Source of the DNA: Candidatus Nanopelagicales bacterium
GTDB taxonomy: Bacteria > Actinomycetota > Actinomycetes > S36-B12
Assembly: GCA_041675125.1 (NCBI GenBank)
Contig: JBAYUM010000002.1
Location: 1-54,518, forward strand
DNA: 54,518 nt
Reading direction: 5' to 3'
This document shows, in pieces, positions 30,576 through 40,652 of this stretch. The position numbers were made by a program, and so were the translations under genes. The stretch's first letter is position 1; every line of letters starts with the position of its first letter. The notes beneath the pieces are model-generated. The model searched no databases. It worked only from the letters and a program-made list of their open reading frames with translations, and was not told the origin of the DNA.

Positions 30576-31240
30576 CGAACGATGTCAGCCAACTTGTCGA
30601 GGCAGCTGCTCCGGCACCGGGCGACCGACGCTCGATTCGCCGGGCACAGGTGCGCGCCGAGATCGTCGAGGCCGCGTGGCAGTTGGTGCGGGAGTCCGGG
30701 CTCGCCCGGCTGTCAATGCGCGAACTGGGCTCGCGCGTCGGGATGCGCGCCCAGTCGGTGTACTCGCACTTCGCCTCCAAGGAGGAGATCCTCGACGCGA
30801 TGTTTCGGCAGGGATATCAGGAGTACCTGGAGAGCCTGACTGACCTCGATCACCAGGACACCGCGCCTGCCGCTGCATTCCTGGGCACGCTCGCGCACCA
30901 CTACTTCGACTTCTGCGTCGCCGAGCCCGTGCGCTTCCAGTTGCTCTTCCTGCGCACCGTCCCCGGATTCGCCCCTTCACCCAGTAGTTATGCCATCGCC
31001 ATCGAAGCTGTCGGTCAACTTCAGTTGGCATTCAACCGCGCAGGGATCACCGATCCAGCAGCGCCGGACCTGGCCACTGCAGTAATGACGGGCCTGGCCA
31101 GTCAGCAACTTGCCAATGATCCGGGGGGTCGGCGCTGGAGCGATCTCGTAGATCGGGCCGTTTCGATGCTGCTCACCGAACTGGCTCCTGATTTCAATCA
31201 GCGCAGGGCATCCAAGCCAACGAGGAGGAGCGAGACATGA
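30563..31240 (+). CDS. TetR-family transcriptional regulator
   Basis: The N-terminal HTH reads IVEAAWQLVRESGLARLSMRELGSRVGMRAQSVYSHFASKEEIL. Confidence 0.85.
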   Translation: MSGIPNDVSQLVEAAAPAPGDRRSIRRAQVRAEIVEAAWQLVRESGLARLSMRELGSRVGMRAQSVYSHFASKEEILDAMFRQGYQEYLESLTDLDHQDTAPAAAFLGTLAHHYFDFCVAEPVRFQLLFLRTVPGFAPSPSSYAIAIEAVGQLQLAFNRAGITDPAAPDLATAVMTGLASQQLANDPGGRRWSDLVDRAVSMLLTELAPDFNQRRASKPTRRSET

Positions 31241-31998
31241 CCCAAATGGCCACCGGTTCACTCGACACCACCGGCATCGCGCCGCTCGCCCACGACGAAG
31301 CGCAGGATCTGTTCATGGTCGAGATCACGCGAACCGGAGAGCTCCTACGCGCGCTCACCGCACCCGACTGGAGCAAGCAGACGGACTGCCCGGCCTGGGA
31401 TGTCCGACGGATGTACCTGCACGTGCTCGGAGCACACGAATCGGGCGCGTCTATGCGCGAGCTGATGCATCAGCTTCGCGCTGGGGCCCGCTATCGGCGC
31501 ACGCATGGCGGTCCCCCGCATGCCGCACTTTCTGCCATCCAGGTGCGTGAGCGCGAGCACATCACCACACCCGAGCTGCTCCCTCGCCTCGAGCGCGCCG
31601 GAATGGCTGCCGCACGCAGTCGCAGGCGCATGCCTGCACTCATGCGCGCGGTCCGCATCAACGCCGACCCCGACTTCGATCGCTGGTCACTGGGCTACCT
31701 GAACGACACGATCTATCTGCGTGACTTGTGGATGCACCGGGTCGATGCGTCGCGAGCCACTGGCCGAACGATGATCCTGACGGCGGCGCATGACGGCCGC
31801 ATCGTCGCGGACATCGTCGCCGAATGGGCCAGAAGGCACGGACAGCCGGTGTCCCTCAAACTCACCGGAACTGCCGGCGGCACCTACGTCAGCCAAGGCG
31901 GTGGCGCGCCCATGACGCTGGATGCCATTGAGTTCTGCAGGATCCTTGCGGGCAGGGCCGGAGGCGACGGCCTCATGGCGACGCCCGTGCCCTTCTGA
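31237..31998 (+). CDS. DinB/MDMPI-superfamily, mycothiol-dependent maleylpyruvate isomerase-like protein
   Basis: An ATGA overlap joins it to tetR. The N-terminal segment WSKQTDCPAWDVRRMYLHVLG fits the TIGR03083-type pattern as I recall it. Confidence 0.7.
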   Translation: MTQMATGSLDTTGIAPLAHDEAQDLFMVEITRTGELLRALTAPDWSKQTDCPAWDVRRMYLHVLGAHESGASMRELMHQLRAGARYRRTHGGPPHAALSAIQVREREHITTPELLPRLERAGMAAARSRRRMPALMRAVRINADPDFDRWSLGYLNDTIYLRDLWMHRVDASRATGRTMILTAAHDGRIVADIVAEWARRHGQPVSLKLTGTAGGTYVSQGGGAPMTLDAIEFCRILAGRAGGDGLMATPVPF

Positions 31999-32118
31999 GT
32001 GCATGGCAACGACCGGTCGCTCCCCCATAGGTTGCAGGGCAGGTGCAGAACACACGCCACGCCTGAGCGTGCATCGGCATTACCGGTGAGTGTCAGAGCC
32101 CCGTGCCATGGTCGGGGC

Positions 32119-33216
32119 ATGTCTCAGAGCAACCTTCCCCTCGAATCCGTGCTGCTCCTCCTCGCCATCGGAGCGCTCGTGGGTGCCAGTGCCTGCGCCG
32201 CGTTCTTCCGCGTCACCCGACGCAGGCTGCAGGCCGATGGCCTCGCTACCTCAGGGATACTGGCACCGATTACCGAGTCGCTGCAGGCGCTCGCCGCCCA
32301 GGTGGAGCGCCATGAGCGCACCAATGTGCAGGCCCAGACCGAGCTGCGCACCACCCTCACGACCACCTGGGAGAGCCAGGTCCAGGTGCTGCAGCGCTCG
32401 ACTGACGATGTGCGCCGCGAGGCCTCCCGACTTGCCGAAGTGCTCAGCCGCTCAGGCGCCCGAGGCCGCTGGGGCGAGATGCAGCTGCGTCGACTCGTCG
32501 AGGCCTCCGGGCTCCTGGATCGCGTGGACTTCGTCGAGCAGGCAACGGTGGGTTCCATCGAGGCCACCGGCCGACCCGACATGATCATTCGACTGGCTGG
32601 CGACCGATCGGTGGTCATCGATGCCAAGGTCCCGCTGGCCGCCTTCCTTGAAGCGGAGCAGGCAGCCGACGAGGCCAACGTGCAGGCGCGCCTGCAACAG
32701 CACGCCGATGCCGTAGTGCGACACATCGATGCCTTGAGATCACGTGACTATCAACGACTCATGCCCAACAACGCCGAATTCGTCGTCATGTTCCTGCCAT
32801 CCGAGGCCCTGCTCGAGACCGCACTGCAGGTGCGGCCTGATCTTCTCGACTACGCCTTCGAGCGCAATGTCGTGCCAGCGACACCGACCACGCTCTTCGC
32901 CCTGCTGCGCACGGTCTCGCTCACCTGGCGCCAGGAGCGACTGGCCACCCACGCTGAGGAGATCCGCACCCTGGGCATCGAGCTCCACCATCGCCTGGCA
33001 ACCATGGCCACGCACTTCTCCAGGGTCGGCACCGCCCTCGACACAGCGGTGGGCAATTACAACAAGGCTGTTGGCTCCCTCGAGACACGCGTGCTGGTCA
33101 CTGCGCGGCAGTTCGGCGACCTGGGCACCGGTGACACCGTGCTTGAGCCACCCACGATGCTGCACACCACCAGCCGTCCGCTGACCGCGCCTGAACTGAT
33201 TGCCGACGCTGGTTGA
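32119..33216 (+). CDS. rmuC: DNA recombination protein RmuC
   Basis: An N-terminal TM helix and coiled coil are followed by the RmuC nuclease-like core (PDMIIRLAGDRSVVIDAKVPL...FVVMFLPSEA). It is trimmed to ATG 32119. Confidence 0.85.
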   Translation: MSQSNLPLESVLLLLAIGALVGASACAAFFRVTRRRLQADGLATSGILAPITESLQALAAQVERHERTNVQAQTELRTTLTTTWESQVQVLQRSTDDVRREASRLAEVLSRSGARGRWGEMQLRRLVEASGLLDRVDFVEQATVGSIEATGRPDMIIRLAGDRSVVIDAKVPLAAFLEAEQAADEANVQARLQQHADAVVRHIDALRSRDYQRLMPNNAEFVVMFLPSEALLETALQVRPDLLDYAFERNVVPATPTTLFALLRTVSLTWRQERLATHAEEIRTLGIELHHRLATMATHFSRVGTALDTAVGNYNKAVGSLETRVLVTARQFGDLGTGDTVLEPPTMLHTTSRPLTAPELIADAG

Positions 33217-34010
33217 GTACCGTTAGCCATGTGACCGATGGGCCAGGGATGAGTGACACTCCGCAGGAGGACCCGTATCGCTCATTCTTTCGACCCGATG
33301 AGGCTCCCGAGGCTCTTCCTGTCGCCGAGCCCATCGTCGAGGAACCTGCTCCCCCGGTCTTCAAGAGTCCCAGTGCCGATACGGGTCGTCTTTTCCGCAG
33401 TCGTGGGGCCGAAGCGGCTCCGGGAGCCCTTCCCGCGCTCAGCTCTGACGAGGCCGCCCGCCTGCGCACCATGAGCGCCGATGCACCTGCCTCACTGGCC
33501 GAGCCGACGCAATCCTCGTCCGCTCCACCGGCTCCAGTTGCTGTGGCGCCGCACGAATCAGCACCATCGGCACCACCTCTGGTGGATCCTGAGCCATCCG
33601 TCGCAAGCAAGGAGATGCCCGAGATGGTGCAACGTCGACGAACTGACGCAGGGGTGAGCCCACTTGGTGTCTACCTGATCGTGATCGGAACCGTGCTGGT
33701 CGTCGGGTTCCTCGACTCATTCATCGGCGGCGCAGGCCTGGGATGGCTCACCGGGATCGCGGTGCTCATCGCGTCAGTGTTCTGCGCTCTTCGAGTTCGG
33801 GTGAGCGATGCCAGCGTGGCAGTCATCGCCCCGCCACTCGCCTATGGTGTTGCCGCCATCACCGTTGGTCAACTGGGTCAGAGTCGGGCCGGCGGCGCAC
33901 TCATCTCCGCACTCAACAATGGCTTCTTCACCCTCGCCGACAACTGGTTCTGGGTGATCGGCACCACTTTGGTCGCATTGGCCATCGTGGTCGTGCGCAC
34001 CAGGCGCTAG
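33213..34010 (+). CDS. membrane protein with P/A-rich disordered N-terminus (DUF6542-like)
   Basis: About 150 aa of low-complexity sequence are followed by 4 predicted TM helices. The start is TTG 33213 or ATG 33249. Confidence 0.5.
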   Translation: MSTVSHVTDGPGMSDTPQEDPYRSFFRPDEAPEALPVAEPIVEEPAPPVFKSPSADTGRLFRSRGAEAAPGALPALSSDEAARLRTMSADAPASLAEPTQSSSAPPAPVAVAPHESAPSAPPLVDPEPSVASKEMPEMVQRRRTDAGVSPLGVYLIVIGTVLVVGFLDSFIGGAGLGWLTGIAVLIASVFCALRVRVSDASVAVIAPPLAYGVAAITVGQLGQSRAGGALISALNNGFFTLADNWFWVIGTTLVALAIVVVRTRR

Positions 34011-34975
34011 CTGTCCTGGGCCTTCATGTCACGGCGCAGTTCCGGCGGCAGCGCGAAGGTCAGCTTCTCAACGGTCGTCGTGACTTCATCGACGTCTCCG
34101 AATCCCTGCTCCGCCAACCAGGCCAGCACATCATTGACGAGGATCTCGGGCACCGAGGCACCACTGGTGAGTCCGACAACCTGAGCCTGGGCAAACCACT
34201 CGCTCTGCAGCTCATGAGCACCATCAACCCGATACGAAGCACGAGCCCCCGCCTCAACGGCGACCTCCGTCAGGCGCACTGAGTTCGAGGAATTGCCCGA
34301 GCCAACGACGATCACCACATCGCACTCAGGCGAAATCGCCTTGACTGCGGCCTGTCGATTCTGGGTGGCGTAACAGATGTCGTCACTGGGCGGGCTGACC
34401 AGATTGGGGAAGCGGGACTGCAGCACGTCAACGGTGGCAATGGTCTCGTCAACCGACAGGGTTGTCTGCGAGAGCCAGATCAGCTTCTCGGGATCCTCGA
34501 TCACCACAGCCTGCGCATCGGCCGGATCCTGGACCAAGGTGATGACCTCGGGCGCCTCGCCGGTCGTGCCGACGACCTCTTCATGTCCTTCGTGACCGAT
34601 CAGGAGGATCTGATAGCCCTCGGAGGCGAATCTGCGCGCCTCGGCATGCACTTTGGTGACCAGGGGGCAGGTGGCATCGATGGCCTTCAAGCCTCGTTCC
34701 CTGGCATCCACATGCACGGTCGGGGAGACACCATGAGCCGAGAAGACCACGGTCGCTCCAGCAGGCACCTCATCGAGCTCATCGACGAAGACCGCGCCCC
34801 GATCCTCAAGCGTCTTCACGACGAACTTGTTGTGCACGATCTGCTTGCGCACATAGACAGGCGCCCCATAGGTGTCGAGAGCGTTCTCGACAGTGGTCAC
34901 CGCTCGGTCGACTCCTGCGCAGTACCCCCGAGGAGCGGCCAGGAGCACGCGCTTTGTGTTCGACATAGCGATCAT
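34007..34975 (-). CDS. ispH: 4-hydroxy-3-methylbut-2-enyl diphosphate reductase
   Basis: [24 protein letters not shown] and the CPLVTKVH cluster cysteines. Confidence 0.95.
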   Translation of the reverse strand: MIAMSNTKRVLLAAPRGYCAGVDRAVTTVENALDTYGAPVYVRKQIVHNKFVVKTLEDRGAVFVDELDEVPAGATVVFSAHGVSPTVHVDARERGLKAIDATCPLVTKVHAEARRFASEGYQILLIGHEGHEEVVGTTGEAPEVITLVQDPADAQAVVIEDPEKLIWLSQTTLSVDETIATVDVLQSRFPNLVSPPSDDICYATQNRQAAVKAISPECDVVIVVGSGNSSNSVRLTEVAVEAGARASYRVDGAHELQSEWFAQAQVVGLTSGASVPEILVNDVLAWLAEQGFGDVDEVTTTVEKLTFALPPELRRDMKAQDS

Positions 34976-35014
34976 CGTAAGTGGCGGCCAACCTCGAGCA
35001 CATACGCTGCACCC

Positions 35015-36172
35015 GTGGCCTTGGACTCGTCAGCGGAGCATCCGGCACCGGTACGCACGGTCTCCCGGCTGGTATCCGAGTGGATCGGTCGCTTGGGACC
35101 CATCTGGATGGACGGCCAGGTGGCCGAATTCCGGCCTCGGCCAGGTGCCCGGAACATCTATCTGGTCCTGCGCGACCCTGATGTCGACATGTCGCTGACC
35201 GTCGTTGCCGACGCCTCGCTGATCGGTGGAGTGACTCCCCCTTTGGCGCAGGGCCAGCGCATCGTCGTGCATGCCAGGCCCGAGTACTGGACTGGTCGCG
35301 GCAGCCTGCAGTTCAGGGCCAGGGAGATCCGCCCGGTCGGCCTGGGCACCCTGCTCGAGCAGCTTGAACGCCTCAAGCAGCTGCTGCTGGCCGAAGGCCT
35401 GTTCGCACCTGAGCGCAAGAGGACCCTGCCGTTCCTCCCCCGACGCATCGGCCTGATCTGCGGGCGCAACAGTGCCGCGATGCACGATGTGCTCGTCAAT
35501 GTCGAGGATCGCTGGCCGGGCATCCCCTTCGAGGTGCGCGAGGTCGCCGTCCAGGGGGTGCAGGCAGTCGCGGCAGTCACAGATGCCATCGTTGATCTCG
35601 ATGCCATCGACGATGTCGACGTCATCGTCATCGCACGCGGCGGAGGCAGCGTCGAGGATCTCCTGCCATTCAGCAATGAGACCCTGGTTCGCGCCGCTGC
35701 CGCCTGCTCGACTCCCATCGTCTCTGCCATCGGCCACGAGCAGGACGCACCGCTCCTGGATCTCGTCGCTGATCTGCGTGCCTCAACCCCGACGGATGCC
35801 GCAAAGCGCATCGTGCCCTCATGGCACGAGCAGCGCAGCATCATCGATTCCCTGCGCACTCGATCCGTGACGGTGCTCCGCAGTCGACTTGACCGAGAAT
35901 CGGGCTTTGCCGAGGACAGTCGTCGTCGCCTTCGACTGCATCTCAAGCACCTCGTCGATGCCGGCCAGCGCGACATCGAGCATCTCACCGCGCGTGTTCG
36001 CGCCCTCTCGCCCGCGGCAACCCTGGATCGCGGCTACGCCATCGTCACCAATGCTCAGGGCACCATCGTCAGGACAGCGAACTCGGTGAAGTCCGGTGAG
36101 CTTGTGCATGTACGCGTCGCCGAAGGCTCGTTCGATGCTCAATCGGTTGCACGCACAACGGAGGAATCATGA
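35015..36172 (+). CDS. xseA: exodeoxyribonuclease VII large subunit
   Basis: The OB-fold N-terminus reads [42 protein letters not shown]. It is trimmed to GTG 35015 because the track ORF runs antisense through ispH. Confidence 0.85.
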   Translation: MALDSSAEHPAPVRTVSRLVSEWIGRLGPIWMDGQVAEFRPRPGARNIYLVLRDPDVDMSLTVVADASLIGGVTPPLAQGQRIVVHARPEYWTGRGSLQFRAREIRPVGLGTLLEQLERLKQLLLAEGLFAPERKRTLPFLPRRIGLICGRNSAAMHDVLVNVEDRWPGIPFEVREVAVQGVQAVAAVTDAIVDLDAIDDVDVIVIARGGGSVEDLLPFSNETLVRAAAACSTPIVSAIGHEQDAPLLDLVADLRASTPTDAAKRIVPSWHEQRSIIDSLRTRSVTVLRSRLDRESGFAEDSRRRLRLHLKHLVDAGQRDIEHLTARVRALSPAATLDRGYAIVTNAQGTIVRTANSVKSGELVHVRVAEGSFDAQSVARTTEES

Positions 36173-36381
36173 GCAAGCAGACAGATGTGTCGAAGCTGAC
36201 CTTCGAGGAGGCTCGCGATGAGCTGGCCGGAGTCGTGCAGACCCTGGAATCCGGAGGCCACACGCTCGAGGCCTCGCTGGCCCTGTGGGAGCGCGGTGAG
36301 CTCCTGGCAGCTCATTGCGAGCAATGGCTTGAATCTGCGCGAACGCGTCTCACCGAAGCTGAGGCTTCTTCATCTGAGTAG
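36169..36381 (+). CDS. xseB: exodeoxyribonuclease VII small subunit
   Basis: 70 aa with LTFEEARDELAGVVQTLESG. An ATGA overlap joins it to xseA. Confidence 0.85.
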   Translation: MSKQTDVSKLTFEEARDELAGVVQTLESGGHTLEASLALWERGELLAAHCEQWLESARTRLTEAEASSSE

Positions 36382-36949
36382 CGAGTGATCCTGCAACCTC
36401 GATCAGCTCCGGCATGGGAACAGTCCCCGTGACAGCGGTGGTCACGCCATCAGCTGTGCGCACCAATGCATTCTTCCCAGTACCCGCGTAGGCCTGCCAG
36501 CTCATGCCTTTGATCTGCGTCGCCTGCAAAGGCGTCGTACCCGTCAGCTGATCCTGGACGAACTTCAGGTTGGTTGTCGCCGACTGCTCCAACTGCACGT
36601 ACTTCGTGTCGGGCGTCACATAGCCAAGATGCCAGACCGGTGGCTTGCTCGTCTGCCAGCGAGCACTCGTGAGGCGGTAGCCCTCCTGCCCCTGCGGAAC
36701 AAGCACGGGGAATGAGGCGCTCATCGTCGCCACCGTCAGCGGAGAGGTGATGTCAACCTCGCGAACGGGATCCGGGCTGGCGCGGTGCGTGAGCAGCAAG
36801 ATCACGACGACTGCGGCAATCACCACTGCCAGTGAGCGGACCATGTCGCCTACCGTCTGCGACAGTCGAGCATTGGGACGCCCTGTGGGCGTAGGCGTGG
36901 TAGTACTCACATGGTCATGATTGCGTATACCTGCGCGTGCCATGAACAA
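36350..36949 (-). CDS. DUF4245-like membrane-anchored protein
   Basis: One TM helix (LAVVIAAVVVILLL) is followed by an extracytoplasmic domain. It sits between xseB and glpX, as in other actinobacteria. The start could instead be GTG 36910. Confidence 0.6.
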   Translation of the reverse strand: MFMARAGIRNHDHVSTTTPTPTGRPNARLSQTVGDMVRSLAVVIAAVVVILLLTHRASPDPVREVDITSPLTVATMSASFPVLVPQGQEGYRLTSARWQTSKPPVWHLGYVTPDTKYVQLEQSATTNLKFVQDQLTGTTPLQATQIKGMSWQAYAGTGKNALVRTADGVTTAVTGTVPMPELIEVAGSLATQMKKPQLR

Positions 36950-36990
36950 GAGGGGTGATCGGTCATTAGGCTCTGCGCAGGAGGCACGTC

Positions 36991-38022
36991 ATGACATCGG
37001 CCAGCAGAAACGAAGTACCCGACCGCAATCTTGCTCTTGAGCTGGTGCGCGTGACCGAGGGAGCGGCAATGGCTGCTGCTCGGTGGGTTGGACGCGGTGA
37101 CAAGAACGGCGCCGATGGCGCGGCAGTCAATGCCATGCGCTCGCTCATCGGCACTGTGAGCATGAACGGCATCGTCGTGATCGGTGAAGGCGAGAAGGAC
37201 GACGCCCCCATGCTCTTCAACGGCGAACGCGTCGGCGACGGCAGCGGAGCCGAGGCGGATGTCGCTGTGGACCCCATCGACGGCACGACGCTGGCGGCCA
37301 AGGGCATGCCCAACGCCATCGCAGTCATCGCCGTCGCCGAACGGGGCGCGATGTACGACCCAAGCGCGGTCTTCTACATGGAGAAGCTCGTGGTCGGACC
37401 CGTGGGGGCTGATGTCATCGACATCAGCGCGCCGATGGCCTGGAACCTCGAGCAGCTTGCTCGCGCGAAGGGCGAGCAAGTCGCTGATCTCACTGTCTGC
37501 ATTCTCGACCGGCCCCGCCACAAGGCGCTGGTGCAGGAGGTCCGCGACGCAGGAGCGCGCATCAAGTTCATCACTGACGGAGATGTGGCCGGCGCGATCA
37601 TGGCCGCACGGTCGAGCACCGGAGTCGATCTGCTCGCCGGCATCGGCGGCACGCCCGAAGGCATCATCGCCGCCTGCGCCATGGTGTGCATGGGAGGTGC
37701 CATCCAGGCGCGACTGTGGCCGCAGGATGAAGCCGAGCGCCGCAAGGCCCTCGACGCCGGGCACGACCTGACCCGGGTGCTGCACACCAATGACCTCGTG
37801 CATGGCGAGAACATCTTCTTCTGCGCCACTGGCATCACTGATGGCGAACTGCTGCGAGGAGTCCGCTACCGCCCCGAGGGTCCGTCAACGCATTCGATCG
37901 TCATGCGGGGCAAGAGCGGAACCATTCGCGAGGTTGCCAGCGAGCACTCTTTGGCCAAGTTGAGTCAATACTCGGCGATCGACTTCCACAGTCCTGGAGC
38001 CGGCCAGCCCGACATGGAATGA
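36991..38022 (+). CDS. glpX: class II fructose-1,6-bisphosphatase
   Basis: [31 protein letters not shown]...DPIDGTT. Confidence 0.95.
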   Translation: MTSASRNEVPDRNLALELVRVTEGAAMAAARWVGRGDKNGADGAAVNAMRSLIGTVSMNGIVVIGEGEKDDAPMLFNGERVGDGSGAEADVAVDPIDGTTLAAKGMPNAIAVIAVAERGAMYDPSAVFYMEKLVVGPVGADVIDISAPMAWNLEQLARAKGEQVADLTVCILDRPRHKALVQEVRDAGARIKFITDGDVAGAIMAARSSTGVDLLAGIGGTPEGIIAACAMVCMGGAIQARLWPQDEAERRKALDAGHDLTRVLHTNDLVHGENIFFCATGITDGELLRGVRYRPEGPSTHSIVMRGKSGTIREVASEHSLAKLSQYSAIDFHSPGAGQPDME

Positions 38023-38127
38023 CCTGATCGCCGGTGGCCCTGACGAGCGCCGCCGGCACGGGAGTCGTGGGGATGCTCACAGCCAAACAGCAACGGCGCG
38101 CAGCCGGGCGGGCCGTACGCTGGAGTC

Positions 38128-39795
38128 ATGGCTGATTTTCGTTACCAGGAACTGCTTCCCCTTGGCGCTGACACGACGCCGTATCGGCTTGTCACCACCG
38201 AGGGCGTCAGCACGACGACCATTGCCGGTCGCACGATCCTGCAGGTCGAGCCCTCAGCCCTGCGTACCCTCGCCTTCGAGGCCCTGCGCGATATCTCGCA
38301 CCTGCTGCGTCCAGGGCACCTCGCGCAGCTTGCTCGCATTCTCGAGGATCCAGAGGCAAGCTCGAATGATCGTTTCGTCGCCCTTGACCTGCTGAAGAAC
38401 GCGAATATCTCCGCGGGTGGGGTCCTGCCGATGTGCCAGGACACGGGCACGGCGATCATCAGCGGCAAGAAGGGCCAGCACGTCTGGACCACGGGCTCAG
38501 ATGAGGAGCACCTCTCGCACGGAGTCTTCGACGCCTACCAGAAGCTGAACCTGCGCTATTCGCAGATGGCTCCCCTGACCATGTGGGAGGAGCGCAACAC
38601 CGGCACCAACCTGCCCGCGCAGATCGAGCTGTATGCGAATACCCATGAAGGCCATGAGGCCGAGTACGAGTTCCTGTTCATGGCCAAGGGTGGGGGCAGC
38701 GCCAATAAGAGCTACCTCTACCAGCAGACAGCCGCCCTGCTCAATCCTGCATCCTTCAGCGCCTTCCTCGACGAGAGCCTGCGGAGCCTGGGTACGGCTG
38801 CCTGCCCGCCGTACCACCTGGCAGTCGTCGTGGGTGGAACCAGTGCCGAGTACGCCTTGAAGACCGCCAAGTACGCAAGTGCCCGCTACCTCGACTCACT
38901 GCCAGTTCACGGTTCGGCCGACGGCAACGCCTTCCGCGATCTGGAGATGGAGGCCGAGATCTGGAAGCAGACCCAGGAGTTCGGCATCGGCGCCCAGTTC
39001 GGCGGCAAGTACTTCTGTCACGACGTCCGCGTCATCCGCCTGCCTCGCCATGGCGCCTCATGCCCTGTGGCCATCGCGGTGTCATGCTCGGCCGATCGCC
39101 AGGCACTGGCGAAGATCACACCCGAGGGTGTCTTCCTCGAGCAGCTCGAACGCGAGCCCGCGCATTACCTGCCCGAGATCACTGACGACCACCTTGACGA
39201 TGACGTCGTCGCCATCGACCTCAACCAGCCGATGTCCGATATCCGCGAGCAGCTCTCGAAGCTTCCGGTCAAGACTCGCGTTTCGCTGACCGGGTCGCTC
39301 ATCGTCGCCCGCGATCTGGCCCACGCACGCATCAAGACGATGCTCGATCGGGGCGAGCCCATGCCGGAGTACTTCCGCGATCACGCCGTCTATTACGCCG
39401 GACCGGCCAAGACTCCCGTGGGCTACGCATCCGGCTCCTTCGGCCCGACGACCGCTGGGCGCATGGACGGCTACGTCGACCTGTTCCAGAAGGCAGGCGG
39501 GTCATTCGTGATGCTGGCCAAGGGAAACCGCAGCAATGCCGTGACAGCTGCCTGCCAGGACAACGGCGGCTTCTACCTCGGCTCAATCGGAGGGCCAGCT
39601 GCCCGCCTTGCGCAGGACAACATCACCAAGGTCGAGGTGCTCGACTTCCCAGAACTCGGCATGGAAGCAGTCTGGAAGATCGACGTGGTCGACTTCCCGG
39701 CATTCGTCGTGGTCGATGACAAGGGCAATGACTTCTTCGCGGAGACGATGAAGCCGCTGATCTCGCGGATCCCGGTCGGCCAGCCCAAGTCGTGA
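38128..39795 (+). CDS. class I (Fe-S dependent) fumarate hydratase, fused alpha+beta type
   Basis: 555 aa with [14 protein letters not shown] and C-terminal beta-domain motifs (GPTTAGRMD). Confidence 0.9.
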   Translation: MADFRYQELLPLGADTTPYRLVTTEGVSTTTIAGRTILQVEPSALRTLAFEALRDISHLLRPGHLAQLARILEDPEASSNDRFVALDLLKNANISAGGVLPMCQDTGTAIISGKKGQHVWTTGSDEEHLSHGVFDAYQKLNLRYSQMAPLTMWEERNTGTNLPAQIELYANTHEGHEAEYEFLFMAKGGGSANKSYLYQQTAALLNPASFSAFLDESLRSLGTAACPPYHLAVVVGGTSAEYALKTAKYASARYLDSLPVHGSADGNAFRDLEMEAEIWKQTQEFGIGAQFGGKYFCHDVRVIRLPRHGASCPVAIAVSCSADRQALAKITPEGVFLEQLEREPAHYLPEITDDHLDDDVVAIDLNQPMSDIREQLSKLPVKTRVSLTGSLIVARDLAHARIKTMLDRGEPMPEYFRDHAVYYAGPAKTPVGYASGSFGPTTAGRMDGYVDLFQKAGGSFVMLAKGNRSNAVTAACQDNGGFYLGSIGGPAARLAQDNITKVEVLDFPELGMEAVWKIDVVDFPAFVVVDDKGNDFFAETMKPLISRIPVGQPKS

Positions 39796-39808
39796 TCAGC
39801 CGCAGGCG

Positions 39809-40450
39809 TCAGCAGCCGCGAACATGCCAATGGTCGCTTCCGGCGCCGTTGCGCCAGATCGTCCAGAACGCGCGGTCCTGCCAATAGCGATTCCATCGTT
39901 GCAGCGGCAGATCGCGCAACTGCTCGACAGCTGCAGCGGTGTCGGCACCGAGTTCCTTGCGCACTTCGCTCTGCATCATCCAGCTCGCACCCACTGCCAG
40001 CGGTCGGCTCATCTGATAGGCGCCGCGATAGTCGCCGCCTGAGCTGACCGACTCGTAGTTGCCGCCGGTCTCCTTCCTGACGATGCAACGACGGGTGTCC
40101 TCGTCCTTGGCGTTGAACCACTTGCCCTTGTACAGGCTCTCCATCACTCCGTGAAGGTCGCTGGCCTTTGACTCACCCTTGGCGTAGGTGAGTTCCAGTG
40201 CGCGCTGCGTCGCCTCATCGACGGGGCTGACCACCGGTTCAGATGCGGCCGGAGAGGCTGAGGTCGATACTGCGGGAACGGGCGTGACCACTGGGGCGGG
40301 TGCCGTCGTCGGAGCAGCCGAAGCAGGCGCAGGCGCCGGCCCGGTGGCCAGTCCGTGAACGGCAGGTGCCGGGTCCCCTGCTGCATATGCAGGCGTGGCA
40401 ATGGCGATCAGTGCAGACGCGATGAGCAGTGCAAAGCCGGCTCTGCGCAC
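39809..40450 (-). CDS. secreted protein with Rpf/transglycosylase-like C-terminal domain
   Basis: GTG 40450 lies 8 nt after GGAGGAGG. There is a signal peptide (VRRAGFALLIASALIAIATPAYA) and a P/A-rich linker. CIVRKETGGNY......YRGAYQMS....W fits the C-x4-E(S/T)GGN(W/Y)...Y.G..Q(F/M)S pattern. Confidence 0.6.
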   Translation of the reverse strand: MRRAGFALLIASALIAIATPAYAAGDPAPAVHGLATGPAPAPASAAPTTAPAPVVTPVPAVSTSASPAASEPVVSPVDEATQRALELTYAKGESKASDLHGVMESLYKGKWFNAKDEDTRRCIVRKETGGNYESVSSGGDYRGAYQMSRPLAVGASWMMQSEVRKELGADTAAAVEQLRDLPLQRWNRYWQDRAFWTIWRNGAGSDHWHVRGC

Positions 40451-40652
40451 GTCCTGCACCTCCTCCGATGGCTGATTGCCTCGGAATACGGTGCCTTGCG
40501 AACGCCTGTCTGTCACCTAGGAATGGCGTGGCACATCTCACGCCGCACGGGAAATATGCCGGAATTCCCCGTGAATCCGCGCGGAAGGTGACCCACACCA
40601 CACCTTAAATGTGATGGGGATCACATGCTTTTCCACAGGGGGTGCTCCCTGG
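40451..40652 (-). promoter_or_regulatory. structured intergenic region / 5' leader (four consecutive hairpins)
   Basis: Stems are at 40611-40624 (GTGAT/ATCAC), 40585-40590/40601-40606, 40546-40553/40565-40573 and 40525-30/40539-44. Confidence 0.3.

Noticed and set aside
36907-37803. 298-aa minus-strand ORF antisense to glpX
   Set aside because: The same reasoning applies. The glpX frame carries unmistakable class II FBPase motifs, and the antisense frame has none.
40451-40652. Calling the Rpf-like leader a ydaO / c-di-AMP riboswitch
   Set aside because: I could not find the conserved ydaO blocks on the coding strand. The only GUGAAUCC-like string is on the opposite strand. I kept it as a generic structured-leader finding and make no riboswitch call.
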